A DNA stretch of 59,488 nt, filler included, from Sphacelaria rigidula (Eukaryota): assembly GCA_964200075.2 (NCBI GenBank). It is 10 parts of 10 records of this genome, joined end to end, with 100 filler letters (N's around TTAATTAATTAA, not from the genome) between each part and the next. Parts side by side here need not be neighbours in the genome. Positions count along the whole stretch, not along the records: positions 1 to 5,859 come from CAXNAA020023918.1; positions 5,960 to 11,818 come from CAXNAA020023919.1; positions 11,919 to 17,777 come from CAXNAA020023920.1; 7 more parts are not named here. The stretch is one strand, 5' to 3'. The notes under the pieces are model-generated. The model was given only the letters and a program-made list of their open reading frames with translations. It had not been told where the DNA came from and made no database searches. Shown here piece after piece: positions 1 through 12,912 of the stretch. A program made the position numbers and the translations under genes. How positions within the stretch are numbered: the stretch's first letter is position 1; every line of letters begins with the position of its first letter.

Positions 1-512
1 GCAATCAATCACCAAGCGCGAAGCGCCGTGGTGTGTTCGGAGAGTTGCTTTACGGGTGAACTGCATCCTGCCAAGATTGTTCGGCCCGAGGCCTACTGAT
101 TATCTTGCATTTGGATCACAGCCTACAATGCGTTGCTTTATTTTCTGGTATCATTTCCAGAGACAGTCACGGCTTATACACTGCCTCATGGGTGTCTCAC
201 CATTCAAACACCACGTAGTACCATCATCCCCATTGTGCGGAGTTGAAGTTCTCCCACGCCGCACAATATGATCTAGCTCGACGACCATCATGGTTTCCGC
301 AAGAAGAAACGCAAGCACACATAAAAAATCGGTAGCCTGGTTGCCTAGCTTACGCAGTGAGTGGCGTGTTATATAGCGTCATTGCCAACCGACGCCAACA
401 CCATGGGGGGTCCGCCCCTACAAAGCCGGGATGGAGCACGCCGGCTTCTCGCCAGACCAGGCTGAGGCAGCGGAGGGGGAAGGGGGACATAACTTTGCAT
501 GCCGTAGTCATA
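1..512 (-). mobile_element. Dispersed ~0.5-kb repeat 'family B' (probable retroposon 3' UTR or non-autonomous element), body 1-462 plus tail motif 488-512
   Basis: Same sequence recurs at 3587-3989(+), 6044-6130(-), 11919-12057(-), 16623-17352(+), 41714-41790(-) and 53328-53530(+), e.g. GGGCCGAACAATnTTAGCAGGATGCAGCTCAC...CTTCGCGCTTGGTGATTGATTGC. Confidence 0.8.
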
Positions 513-1309
513 TAATCATGGAGGGGGAGGGGCAAAAAAACACAAACGTGAATCACTCGCGACGGCACCCAAAAAAAACAACATTTTCTTCCACAAAACC
601 AATTTTCAGCGAGAATAATCAACATCAAGGGAGATAATAGCAGAATACACAGGGAAATGGACGACTTGGAGCTACACACGGGGTCACTGTTTGGGAACAA
701 TTTCAGGTACAAGTGATTCTGAGTGTCACCACTAGTTGCTGGAAAAAAAAAAAAAAGTGTGGACACCTGATCTTGTTGGCTGACACGGCGGGGTACCTGC
801 AGATTGGCGGCGAAACTAACAGCTACACCAGGACATGCCATATTCAAGAGCTTTCTGAAATGAAAAAAAACGAAAAACGAAACAAAACAACGACCCTTCA
901 CTCTTTTATTTTTTTCGTTTCCTTCATAATTAAAATCAAGAGCATATGACCAATAATACCCGAATGAAGATACGGCATCGAATCGAAAAAAAAGAGGGGA
1001 AGAAGAAAAATAAGAGGGGGCAGGACCAACAGAGAGAAGACAAACAAGAAAAATGGAGAATGATCCAAGAGAGAAAGGACGACATCGCCCGCCCCCGGAT
1101 TTGCAGACCGCAGATTTGGCGTACCACGGGGACTAGGGGGTACACCTTCGACATTGGTTGGTAGCGCACATGACATGGCTGCAGTCAACAAGTGTAGTGA
1201 CCATACCGTAATAAACTAAAATAATCCGCAAGTATCACTGCGGAATAAACTCAGATGTGAAAAAATATATAACAAATTTCGGAGTGACCGACAAACGTAT
1301 AAAGTAGGC

Positions 1310-2270
1310 GGGGGGGCGCACTTATTCGTTGCTCGCCGCAGTCGTTTGACCATTGACCACGCATCCCCGTCGAGGCGGAGCACCGTTCCTACTCCTAATA
1401 GAGACACCTCGAATATTTCGGAGCATATTACGTTTTTTCCATACGCTACACAAAAACCCTTCACATATCTCATCCCCGTCCTGTTTCGCCGTCTGTGGCC
1501 ACCGTCCATCTCCTAGTATAACAATGGTTTTCTCCCTACTGTCTAATGCATCAAACGATTTCATCCCACCTTCGTTTACGTCCCGCATTTTCCCCTCTAG
1601 CACGTCTCGTTCTTCGTGTATAGTTCACATCCTGCCATTATATGACTTCTGCCCTCTATTGCTTTGCCACAAGAGGAATTCTGTCCATCTACTTCCTCTT
1701 CCTCTTGACTACTGGTCTATCTCTTTCGTCTTTCTGGCAGGTCCAGGTCCCTCACCCGAAATCGCAGCTTAACGTTTTCATTGCGTCCATTGAGCCGTGC
1801 AGATATGTTTTCATCCCTATCCCTTCTCCTAACCCCCCCCTTCATCTTCAGGTGTTTTTTCTCGTCTGATATGCGTCTGAGCATTTCTTTTCCCCACATT
1901 TCCATCATGCCTTCTACTTTCGTTTTGTACCCGCACTTTCACCTAGGGACAGTATTTTGTCTTGATTGCCTCCCATCTCCTTCCATACTTTCTCGACTTG
2001 TGGATCTCACCATATTCCAGCCTGCCCTTTCGTAATCATCTTCCGTGCAGCCCCATCAACTACGGGTGGCAATCTCTGTATCTGCATGTTCTTTACGCTA
2101 TATTTTCATCTCAATTTCCTCGTGTCTCAGTTTTAGGTGGGTACATTCCAAACTCTGCTGTCAAAGTTGTATTACTCGTCGTTTTCGAGCACCCGAGTAT
2201 TTTGTTAGCTGCTGCCATCTGTACTATTTTCAAGTTCTTTACCAACTTATCCTTACCCTTCCCGACGGGA
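1310..2270 (-). mobile_element. Degenerate 3' part of a non-LTR retrotransposon (LINE 'family A') ORF and 3' end
   Basis: Broken minus-strand frames read ...AAANKILGCSKTTSNTTLTAEFGMYP..., ...KLRFRVRDLDLPERRKR*..., a decayed CCHC-like region (SCGKAIEGRSHIMAGC) and ...EKTIVILGDGRWPQTAKQDGD...FLCSVWKKRN. Shorter copies sharing the same 3' end occur elsewhere in the window. Confidence 0.75.
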
Positions 2271-2500
2271 GGGTGAAGATACGGCAAGAAAAACTGAAAA
2301 AAAAAAAACAGCACGGAGAAAGTGAGGTAGGTACATGTGAGGGCGCACCTAAATCACACAAATCACACAAAACAGAAGAAATATACGGTCGATCGTCGAG
2401 CACGTTGAAAATGAGATAATCCCAGCTGTGCAGAGAGAGAGAGGAAGAGAGAGAGAGAGAGGTGAAAAAGAAGCGGGGAAATACACGACTCAAGTCTCAC

Positions 2501-2651
2501 CATCAATACAGCATACTTGCACGAAGCCTTCTGACTCGTAGAACCGATGTGCGGGCGGATTGGTGGTGATCACGTGCAGGTAGACCGCGCCTATGGACGC
2601 CTCCTGCGTCGCAAGCCAAACGCACCGTCGCAGCAGTGCTCGCCCTATTCC
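2501..2651 (-). CDS. NAA60: Exon of GNAT N-alpha-acetyltransferase (NAA60-like): GIGRALLRRCVWLATQEASIGAVYLHVITTNPPAHRFYESEGFVQVCCID
   Basis: CCCAG acceptor and GTGAG donor. Motifs R-x-G-I-G, AVYLHV..N and FYE..GF. Joins exon 4059-4193 in phase 0. Confidence 0.8.
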
Positions 2652-2659
2652 CTGGGAAC

Positions 2660-2730
2660 ATGCACACACGCACACGCACACGCACACGCACATGCACATG
2701 CATGCACACGCACACGCACACGCACACATG
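2660..2730. repeat. (CACACG)n-type microsatellite in intron
   Basis: Direct reading. Confidence 0.9.
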
Positions 2731-3490
2731 CACCCGCAAAGGGGAGGGGGGGAGAAAGAGAAAGAGAAAATGAATAGCAAGTGTGAAAGAGCACGTGGGA
2801 CAAGAACGAATCAGGTGGGTGTGAAACCGACGCTAAATAACGGGGAGGAAAGAGATCAAGCCCTCGCTGCGGAGGAGTATGTACTGCCTGTTGCACACGA
2901 GAGATGAAACAACTGCTCTACTCTACTGCCAAGTTGTCTGTGTTCGTATACATGTGCGCGTGTTTTTTCTAAAATTATTTCTTGCTCCTTCTTCTTCCTC
3001 TTGTTGGGGTTTCCTCCGGACCGATGCGATTTGTGTCGACACTTCTCCGCTTTCTATTCTACGATCATCACTCCTACCCCGCCTTCCGTCATACGAGGGG
3101 CTCTACCGTAGGGGTGCACGATTCTTTCCGAGGCTCTGTACTTAAGGAGACTGTCGATGACGAACATTTGGGCCTTCGTGTGCAGCCCCAGAACACATTT
3201 GGACTGAAAAAGTGCACCCCTACCGTGGAATCACTCATCCCACGCTATCATGATCTCGGGCACCACACAGCACGAGCATCACCGGCTCCTCGTTTCGTAG
3301 TGGCAGAGGTGAGTGAGGGAAACTGAGCATACACACACTGCACTGCATCATGTACGAACGTACATGTAAGCAGTTCGGTGAGCCACAACATCGCCCTTCG
3401 TCAAGAATGACGATCGTGGCTCCTTCTTTTGCAAGTCAACTCAACTAGTAGCAGGATTGCTACTGTCATACTCCAAGCACAACGTTTTGG

Positions 3491-3528
<38 letters not shown>

Positions 3529-3586
3529 GCGACCAAACAAACCAACGGGTATGACTCACCATTGCCCCTCCCAAGCTCCCTTTTGA

Positions 3587-3989
3587 GGATTGGCGTCGGT
3601 TGGCAACGACGCTGTAAAACACGCCTCTTTCTGGGTAAGCTAGGCTATCAGGTTACCGATTTTCTTGTGCGCGTGCGTTTTTTTTTGCGGTGACCATGAT
3701 GGTGGTCGACCTAAATTATATTGTGCAGAGTGGAGAACCTAAATCCCTCGCAGAGGGGGATGATCATACACCACAGTGTTTAGATGGTGAGACACCCATG
3801 AGGCAATGTGGAACCCGTGGCTGTCTCTGAAAATAGCGATACCAGAGAATGAAACAACTCATCGGAGGTTGCCATCTATATGCAAGATGATCAGTGCGCT
3901 TCGGGCCGGACAATCTTAGCAGGATGCAGCTCACCCTTCATGCGACTCGCCGAACACATCACGGTGCCTCGCGCTTGGTGATTGATTGT
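3587..3989 (+). mobile_element. Family B repeat copy
   Basis: Colinear with 16680-17090. Confidence 0.8.
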
Positions 3990-4058
3990 CAATCATCATT
4001 AAGCCTCTTGGAGAAAACCCGGGTGCGGTATCCTACTCCAACGACCTTTTAAACCTAC

Positions 4059-4193
4059 CCTTCGTCGGTAGGCCATCTCCGTCCCGAGGGTGAGAATGTA
4101 CACCACTTCCGTGTACGCCTGTCCGCCGAATGCCCCCAGTTGTCGCTGCAGCCCCAAGCGCTCCCGATCCAAGCAGCGCTCCAGCGGCACCAC
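4059..4193 (-). CDS. NAA60: Exon of NAA60-like GNAT: VVPLERCLDRERLGLQRQLGAFGGQAYTEVVYILTLGTEMAYRRR
   Basis: CATCAG acceptor, GTAGGT donor, 135 nt in phase 0. YILTLG...YRR motif precedes GIG in the next exon. Confidence 0.8.
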
Positions 4194-5394
4194 CTGATGA
4201 GTCGCGAATAAAGTAGCGATCAGTGTGCTGATTATTTGGGGCGAGAAGAAGTGAAGAGTTAATAACAATAAAGATGCCGGCGGCGAGCAAAAGACATGCC
4301 CATGCAGGACTGGCTGCATATCAAATGTCAAGCAGGCCGCCGCGCCCCGGTGGTGTAAATTAAAATGGCACAACTGACACCATTTGGGTCGACAAGAACG
4401 CTGGCTTGATTTCCGTCAGATGCGACCGGTTTGGGTGTTGCTCTCCGAAGAACAGAATCTGATTCCCGTCGTTAAAAGCGTGACGGCGTACGTGAGTGGC
4501 AAAAACGACGTGGTTCGACCGAGATTTTGTTTTTACCAGAGTGGACGCGGTGGTACGGGAGTGCCGATCCAATCTCATCCGCGAGAGCAGGATGTAAGGC
4601 ATGCACTATTCCGGGCGGGTAGAGAGAGTTGGGTTGATGGTTGATTCCTTGTACACTACGGACTAGTCTCGACGAAGGGGAGGGATTCTAAGTGTGACGA
4701 AAAAAAACGGAAAACTGCTTATTTTTCTCGCCGCATCTTGTCAGCTTGCACTTCAAAGGCAAAAACATGCCAAGGTAGATATGGCTGAGGGAGGGATAGA
4801 GAGATGGCGCGAGCGCGCCCGGGGAAGCGGGGGGACGACGACGACGGCGACGACGACAGCGACAAAGGGAAAGCGCCGATTGTACACAGCACCGTTCGAA
4901 GAATAAAGAAAAATCGCAATGCGCAAAACATGAACAAGTTTCAGTCCTGCCCGAAACGCGCCCTCGGGGTGGAAGTAGATGTCGACGCGTTGATTATACC
5001 CTGTATCTTGGGATTATGGTCGGGAGTGACCGAGTGAGGAACAGGGTACGCACTCGTCGTCCATGACCAGGCTGACCGACTGCTCCGCGTCAGAGGGTAT
5101 GACGGCATATGACACATCTGGTGCGCGAGGCAAACGGGTGTGGGTAGACGCAGTGGAATATAGTGACTTCATGAGAAATGACACCACCGCCCACCTCTTG
5201 CTGGTTGGCGATTAGGAGCCATACATACACCTCTCTGTACCAGAAAGTGTTTTTATGTGTATGAGGTATGGTCCTCGATGAGGGCTTCTGCTTGGAAGTG
5301 TAGCGGTGGAGGAACGATACAGTCTGAAACATGTGTTTTCACGAATAATATAGCGATGATGATGATGACAGTAATAATACCGCCACTATATTTT

Positions 5395-5413
5395 ACCACC
5401 ACCACCACCACCG

Positions 5414-5465
<52 letters not shown>

Positions 5466-5487
5466 GACTACGACTACGACTACTACC
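5395..5487. repeat. Compound (ACC)n(ACT)n(ACTACG)n microsatellite
   Basis: Direct reading. Confidence 0.95.
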
Positions 5488-5805
5488 TGATATTATCAAA
5501 AACACAATTAAAGCGGGAATGGTCTTCGTTGTTGTCTTGGTTGCTCCATCGCTGACTTAGATTTGATGTTGGGACTTCCATTTCTGCTTCATTTCCCCTC
5601 CGAAAAACACATCACACCTACAGGCATCGTTTTTCACTAGTTAGCCTACAGCCTACACAATGAACGCGGACTGAACGGGCAAAAAATCGTGGCGAGAAAA
5701 AGGGCATCGTGAAGTGTATGAAACACGCCCCCCCGGTGAACTACATAAAAAACTCCGTTTCCCCCTTTTGAGCTGTAGCACCACAGTCCTTACTAAAGAA
5801 GATCG

Positions 5806-5846
<41 letters not shown>

Positions 5847-5859
5847 CATGAGGGAGGGG

Positions 5860-5959
5860 NNNNNNNNNNNNNNNNNNNNNNNNNNNNNNNNNNNNNNNNN
5901 NNNTTAATTAATTAANNNNNNNNNNNNNNNNNNNNNNNNNNNNNNNNNNNNNNNNNNNN
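5860..5959. other. Artificial contig-joining linker (also 11819-11918, 17778-17877, 23737-23836, 29696-29795, 35655-35754, 41614-41713, 47573-47672, 53531-53630)
   Basis: Identical 100-nt N-TTAATTAATTAA-N spacers with stops in all six frames. Intervening pieces are 5858-5859 bp, as expected for size-sorted contigs. Confidence 0.97.
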
Positions 5960-6812
5960 CGCCCCCCCCCAGTCTACCGTCCACAATGACGCCACCCGTT
6001 ACCCGGGCGCGGCCGGTGTTGTTGCGCGGGGGGGGGGGGGGTATGGTCTTGCATGCCGTAGTCATATGACAATTCATCTCGCATCCCTACAAAGCTGGGA
6101 CGGAGCACGCCGAAGTTTCGCCGGCCCGGCCTCGTCCCTCGTGGGGAGCGTTGGGGGGGTTAAGGGGGTTGGAGAGGGCTGTAGAGGGCTTGTGGTCGGA
6201 AGTAATGATTGGTACTATAAATGAGGTGTCGCCAACCTTATCCCCAACCCTAAACCTGAACCTGACCAAGGCATACGAGAACCCTCGGGCACAGGGAATA
6301 GCAGAGGATGTCCTGGGCAAAGTGTGCCTTGGCAGTCGTTGTCGAAGAGAGTTTCGATCAATTAACAAACCTGTTCGGACTGTGTGTTTGGTTTTGCGAT
6401 TGTTGTGGTACCTTCCGCTTCGTTGTTGGTCTCCATAAAACGCTCTACACCCGTGAGCTCATTCATACTTTGCGGACGAAGGTTCGTGGCACAGGCCGAT
6501 GCCCTATTTAGTGCCCACGGGAATGCTTACATATCCTCGCGCCTTGTTTTCACTGGCGATTCGTACTGAGCTTGCTACGCCGTAGTAGGGTCCAGGCCGA
6601 GCAGGTCTGCACATTTATTTTACCCCCGGTCTCGGATTTTCTCGCCATCTTTTGCTGGTCTGTCCATTCAGGACGATAAGCTGTGGCTACTCCGAAGCAA
6701 GAGCGAGCAGACAGGTCGGCGGAGAAAGGGACGCAGCCATAGCTATCCTCTGCCCCTCGTGCCGTGCACGGCTCATGAGGTGTCTGGAGGCACGGTAAGA
6801 TGAGAGAACCGG

Positions 6813-7141
6813 AAGCCCAACCGAACCGATCCAAGCCGAACCGGACCGCACTGAACCAAATCGAGCCGAACCACACTGAACAAAATCGAGTTGAACCTCT
6901 CTGAATCACATCGAGTCGAACCGCACCGAACCAAATCAAGTCGAACCGCACCGAACCAAATCAAGTCGAACCGCACCGAACCAAATCAAGTTGAACTAAA
7001 CAAGAACGAACCGAGCCAAACCCAACCAATCGAGTCGAACCCATTCGAGACGAACGAGCCGAACTGGACCGAATCGAGTCGAACCAAACCAGGACGGACC
7101 GAGCTGAGCCGAACTGCATTGAATTGAACTGAACCGAACCG
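6813..7141. repeat. Degenerate (GAACC)n pentanucleotide satellite
   Basis: GAACC/GAATC/GAGTC units, with a 25-bp higher-order unit CGAACCGCACCGAACCAAATCAAGT repeated near 6918-6991. Confidence 0.9.
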
Positions 7142-7359
7142 GAAATGGTGCGCAGAACTAAAGTGAGAGACACCAGCACCGATAACAAACAAGCGAGGAC
7201 TGGACGTGTACCTGTGTGCGACTGATGATCGAGAAGGCGTGGAAGGTATCCTCTCAGGGAGGGAACAATGGCGTTCATGCACGAACCGCGTTTGCGGAGG
7301 AAGTGGGGTTTGTGAGGAGAAAAGCACGCACTTTGGATGATGGCGATGGAGTACATGAT

Positions 7360-7458
7360 TCAAAAGTGTATTGCGTACAGTATCGACTATTGCGTGTATT
7401 GCATTAGACAATAGGTTTCATACTGTACACAGTACACTTTTTGATAATGTAATCTAAT
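7360..7458. mobile_element. Truncated copy of the 138-bp CAC...GTG MITE
   Basis: AAAAGTGTATTGCGTACAGTAT...ATACTGTACACAGTACACTTTT matches the interior of 30815-30952. Confidence 0.7.
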
Positions 7459-7462
7459 AGAC

Positions 7463-9261
7463 AATGTGACGGGAAATCGGTCTCTTCCATCGGCCATCTT
7501 CGACGCAACAATCGCTTCCCGCTCCCAGCAAAGGCCCCAAAATACACATCTTACCGCTGCAAACAACCATGCAGCCCGTGCAGAATATCGTGACCACGGA
7601 TTTTCCATCGGCCACTTTGGCCGAAGGAAGCACTTCCCCCTGCCAGCAAAGGGCCCCAAGATACAGATCTTACCGCTGCGAACAACCGCGGCACCCCGCT
7701 CAATGCCGTTGGCACGTTGCTTCCATCCCCCTCTCAACACACCACATATCACATACTGCACCCGTGCTTGCTGTACACAGCTTGCTGTATACAACACCGT
7801 ATGTAGTAAGCAGGAGTGATGTCCACGGGGCATTTACGGTATATCGTCGCGTGTCCTGCTGCGATAGTACTACTACTGCTGTCCACGCTGCTATGTAGAG
7901 TATCATTGAGGAGTGATGTGTGTAAAACGCTTCGTTATACGTAGCTGTATATTTTTAGAGAGGTATATAGACTGCAGTGCTTGCTGTGACAACAGCAGGT
8001 CTCTTTTTGCTACTACCGTTCTCTCTATATGATGGCCCCTTTGTTGAGGATTGTCCACGATAGGTGACCGCCGGAGGTTTATGATCCCTCGTCTCTCCGC
8101 ATACAGCGCCCGGGCGAGGTTGACAGTGAAGTGTACATGAACACCGGAGTGAGGCGGGAGGCGAGGGAGTAGCCTCGCACCTCGCCTTGGAGAAAACGAC
8201 AGCCCAGAAACCAGTAAAGCACATAGAATGTGATGATGGTATTGGGTGCGACACCCTTGACCTCGGAGCTACACATAGGACCGTAACTCCGAGAAGGCTT
8301 GCAGACATCGGTGTAGCCGACAACCCGAGGAATCTTTCTCGTGGCTAGAAGTTTCCTATGGACAGAATCAAGAAGTACGGTGGGTTCTGGACAGAACCAT
8401 AAAGCATGTTGGGTTCGCAGGACTGGGACTGACATTGTTGTCGAGTACGAAATACCTAGAGAATACTATCGGGGTGGCATGGAATGAAAACGTCACCGTT
8501 TGTAGTGGTTTCTGGGCTGTTGTTTTCTCCAAAGCGAGGTGCGAGGCTACTCCCTCGCCTCCCGCCTCACTCCGGTGTTTATGTACACTTCACTGTCAAC
8601 CCCTCCCGGGCGCTGTCTGCGGAGAGACGAGGGCTCATGAACCTCCGGCGGTCACCTATCGTGGACAATCCTCAACAAAGGGGCCATCATATAGAGAGAA
8701 CAGTAGTAGTAAAAAGAGACCTGCTGTTGTCGTCACAGCAAGCACTGCAGTCTATATATTTCTCTAAAAATATACAGCTACGTATAACGAAGCGTTTTAC
8801 ACACATCACTCCTTAATGATACTCTACATAGCAGCGTGTACAGCAGTAGTAGTACTATCGCAGCAGGACACACGACGCTATACCGTAAATGTCCCGTGGA
8901 CATCACTCCTCCTTACTACATACGGTGTTGCGTACAGCAAGCTGTGTACAGCAAGCAGCGGGTGCAGTATGTGAGATGTGGTGTGTTGAGAGGGGGATGG
9001 AATATCCGTGCCAACGGCATTGAGCGGGGTGCCGCGGTTGTTCGCAACGGTAAGATCTGTATCTTGGAGCCCTTTGCTGGGAGGAGGAAGTGATTCCTTC
9101 GGCTAAAGTGGCCGATGGAAGATCCGTGGTCACGATATTCTGCACGGGCTGCATGGTTGTTTGCAGCGGTAAGATCTGTATTTTGGGGTCCTTTGCTGGG
9201 AGCGGGAAGCGATTGTTGCGTCGAAGATGGCCGATGGAAGAGACTGATTTCCCGTCACTTG
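7463..9261. mobile_element. Long inverted repeat / foldback-like element: arms ~7463-8211 and ~8506-9261, spacer ~295 bp
   Basis: Arms are reverse complements along their length. Mirrored ORFs (7955-8323 minus vs 8435-8767 plus) both read GFWAVVFSKARCEATPSPPASLRC. Confidence 0.85.
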
Positions 9262-10187
9262 TGGGTACAATTTCCAAAAACAAGGGTACAATTGGGAGAA
9301 AAGTAGTCACAGAAGGGTACACCGTGGCCGTCTACTGCCGCCGCCGGGTGAAAATGGTCGTTGGCCAATCAGCTGCGGTCATTTCTCCTCCAAACAAAGA
9401 GGGTACCCAGGTTTGTCGCTAGTGTCCCATGGTATACCCTACTGTGACGTTTGCCCTTATAATTATTATAACTATTATTAGTATTAGTATATGTCACGAC
9501 ATAGAAAAGTATACATCGTATGATGTTATGATTACTTTACTGGAATTCGCAGGCCGGACTAACTCCACTGGATGTGGCCCGATTAGCGCAGCAAAAAGAA
9601 ATGGTGTCCCTTCTGGAGGCGTTTCTCAGAGCTGAACCCGCACATGAGGTCATCTCCGAAGGTAGAGCCCAGGTGACATATATAGACACATATATTACGA
9701 TGCTGAGTAATCAAAGAAAGGAAAGCATGAGGCTTAATCGAGTGGTTGGCACCGCAGGAAAAGGACCGGAGTAACCCGGATGTCATCCCCAAGAGTTGCG
9801 ATCTATAAGCGTGTGTGCGCGCGCTTTTTTTAGTTCGAGAGAATGAATTGCCGTCAAAGCAGCGTTTGAGTGATGGGGGGCGTACGTACACCTCGCTACG
9901 GAAAATACATATGTGTATTTCGCATGTGTGTGTGGTGGTAGTTGCATCTTGATCGCGAGCTTCAGTCGTGTAGGGGGCCTGTGGCGATGTGTTTTGGTTT
10001 CAAGGTATTTATGACGGTGACCCAGGTGCGCTTGCACTTTTCATATATATATACATATATTCATGTATATATTGGAGTGAAAACTACGACACAGCAGCGT
10101 CAACTTTAATCTTCGCCCTACTCCTCTCTTTCCTGCTTCGTATATGCTGAGCTGCACGTGTTCTCTTTTCTCCTTGGGTCATCGCAG

Positions 10188-10343
10188 ATCTGGCAAGGGT
10201 CTCACGCGGCTGCTTACCCTGTGTGGGCCAACGATCAGAAGTTTCAGTGTGTGCTCACGATCGCCGATCCTCGACTACCCGATAAGAAACTGGCATGGTT
10301 AGACCATGATGAAGACATTGATCACTTACGGGTCGAGGCTGAG
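10188..10343 (+). CDS. Putative exon of unknown product (IWQGSHAAAYPVWANDQKF...DHLRVEAE), within an otherwise decayed coding-like region
   Basis: Pyrimidine tract and CGCAG acceptor, GAG|GTAGGC donor, 156 nt open in phase 0. No recognised motif. Confidence 0.3.
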
Positions 10344-12174
10344 GTAGGCGAAGGTTTCAGCCTGGTTCGTGCTCTGTGTCGAGGCACTCGTACGATCTCT
10401 CGTCGACACGCGGGGGGGGAAGGGTAAGCATCGTGTACAACCATCAGAGGCATCGTGCAATGACATTGGATATAATAATCTACGTATAGCGAATAGCAGG
10501 GCACACATCCTTCGCTTTAAGATCGCAACACATGTTCTTCGGCTGCTATGTAAGCGCATCAAGTGCGTTAGCGGGATGGGAAACACTATGTGTTTCGGTG
10601 AGAGAGGCGCCGTCAAGAATTGGATCCTTGAGAAACTCTCGCTGACGAACGATAAACGGCAGAAAAAGCAAATTGGATATATACGTCGAGTTGACTGATG
10701 CACACAGCCGGTAGTTTGTGCGCAATACGTAACGATGCCACGGTGCGTTATGTCCATTCCTCGTAGTATTTGGGGGTTCGTGTTGAGGCTACAGCGAGAA
10801 GCGTACGTAAATGCCCCCTCCAAAAAATAAAACGGCGAGAAAACAGTGCGGCCGGATTTGTTTTCTTTCTTAAAGCTGTGGCCACATCATCTGGAATGTC
10901 CACCGGTGGTTCTGGAGAAGATATCTGACGTCGTCTAGGAACCATCTCGTGATCATTTTCACCACAAGGAATGCCTCACACGTATGACCGTGTATATACA
11001 GAGGTAGTTGGCAGCCTTACACGTTTTCCTACATGGCTCTTAGACAAAGCACAGTAAAAGCTCACCAACTACTGTTTGCAGGTTGAGCCTATTGTTGTTC
11101 TAACGACTGTATGGTGAAGCGGTCGTCTCTCACGCATCGCTAGACACAGTGGTATGAGAAAACAGTGAATCGGCGTAGAAAAAATGCGACCTGGATCACA
11201 TGAGCCTCGTGGGGTCCTCAAAAGCTACGTGCCAGTAACGGGCCAAAATGTTGTGCTTTGAAAGAATGCACACAAGGGAAGGACACACATCTTCCAGGAA
11301 GGTCCCCTCTCTTTCCTGCTTGTGCTGCAGGTGAACCACGAGAACATTTTGACGGGACCTTGGACTCAATTTGCGCAGCATACACGTGCCATGATCAGCT
11401 TTCTTCACCGAGCGGTGAGCGAGAACAAAGGTTGCGGGAATGTACAACCGAATAACAACCATTCAACTTTGGTCAGGTAGAGCGCTAAGCACAACTTACA
11501 TAGGCATCATCCCCTTACTGATTCACACTTACAATTGCCACGGATAGCATACTGCGCCGATGTCCCGAATCGCTTCATGAGGCGTAGATGAAGTCGCGGA
11601 CTCACTTTGTCATTCCTGCTACTGAACGCTGACTAGATGATTGTTGCGCGTGTCCCAGATGTGTCAGAAGAGATACTACTCTCCTCCTGATGTTTGCTGC
11701 GATCTTTTTCGCCTTCACCGTGCGTTTGTATTCGGGGGGGGGGGGGGGGGGGGTTTTTTCCAACAAAATTTTCTTTAAAAAAAGCGGGGCTTTATTTTAT
11801 AGTTTTGGGGCTTAATATNNNNNNNNNNNNNNNNNNNNNNNNNNNNNNNNNNNNNNNNNNNNTTAATTAATTAANNNNNNNNNNNNNNNNNNNNNNNNNN
11901 NNNNNNNNNNNNNNNNNNCATCCTGCTAAGATTGTTCGGCCCGAGGCCTACTGATGATCTTGCATTTGGATGACAGCCAACAGTGAGTTGCTTTATTGTA
12001 TGGTATCGCCACTTCCAGGGACAATCACGGCTTATACACTGCCTCATGGGTGTCTTACGGTGCACTTTTTGTGTGTGTGTGTGTGGGGGGGGGCTATCTC
12101 GGCATGAGTTGGTGAAGAAAGTAATGCTGTTGGATGTATGCTAAAAAAACAAAAAACGCCGATGAACGGTTCTT

Positions 12175-12495
12175 GGGAACCGCGACGGGTCAATACCCTG
12201 CACTCGTATTCAACGTATTAATCGTGAGAGATGTATTTTTGGAATGCATGCCATCATGTATTCATATATGTAATCATAAACCGGCTCAACGTGCAGCGGG
12301 GCATTGATGAAAGGGATATTTCGATAGTTGTTGATATGCTCATTCCACCTTCTTTTGTTTGCTTCAAGAAAACGGATCGTTCCCATTCCTACTCGTCACC
12401 ATTTACTCCACTTATGAAAACAACAGTCTTGCGATTAAAAGCTGACTCTCAATCGTCGGCTATACTCTCAATCTCTCGAAAATGTTGGTGTGAGT
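12175..12495 (+). repeat. Dispersed repeat shared with 18178-18440
   Basis: AACCGCGACGGGT...TACCCT.CACTCG...GCTCAACGTGCAG.GGGGCATT...AAAACGGATCGTTCCC...GACTCTCAATC in both. Confidence 0.7.
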
Positions 12496-12912
12496 ATTTT
12501 TTTTTTCTTTTCATGTAAGAAAGTCGACGCGGTCCGGGAATGCTGGTCATTATTCAATCTGCGATTCCAAAGTGCAAGGCGTCTACCGGGGGGAGATGAG
12601 TTGATCCCTTGAGACCAATAGACCGTTAAACCGTTGGACCATTAGACCATTAGACCACGGGCCCGTCTCGAAGAAGGAGAGAGGTTGAAAAGATGGCGAA
12701 AAAAACACATGCGGACTTTTTTCGCAACACGTGTAAACCCTCCGCACGATCATTATGAGAGTCGCTGGGTGTTGTTGTAAGGCTTTGCGTGTTGTACCCG
12801 CTCTCGTATTGAATTTTGTCCTTCAAATCCTTCAATCACAGAAACGATGCCTGCATTCAGTAGTCTCAACGTCCCGTCCCGTCTCGTTTTTTTTTTTTTT
12901 TTTCCAATGCAG

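Noticed and set aside
1505..1522. CTAG|T as a Helitron 3' end
   Set aside because: It lies inside the LINE reading frame (ILGD on the opposite strand) and has no convincing subterminal hairpin.
5904..5915. TTAATTAATTAA recurring every ~5.96 kb as a biological periodic motif
   Set aside because: Always embedded in Ns at fixed length; it is a synthetic linker.
11950..11975. CTGATGA in family B as a retrozyme hammerhead
   Set aside because: No stem II plus GAAA follows, and other copies read CTGATTA, CTGATCA or CTAATGA.
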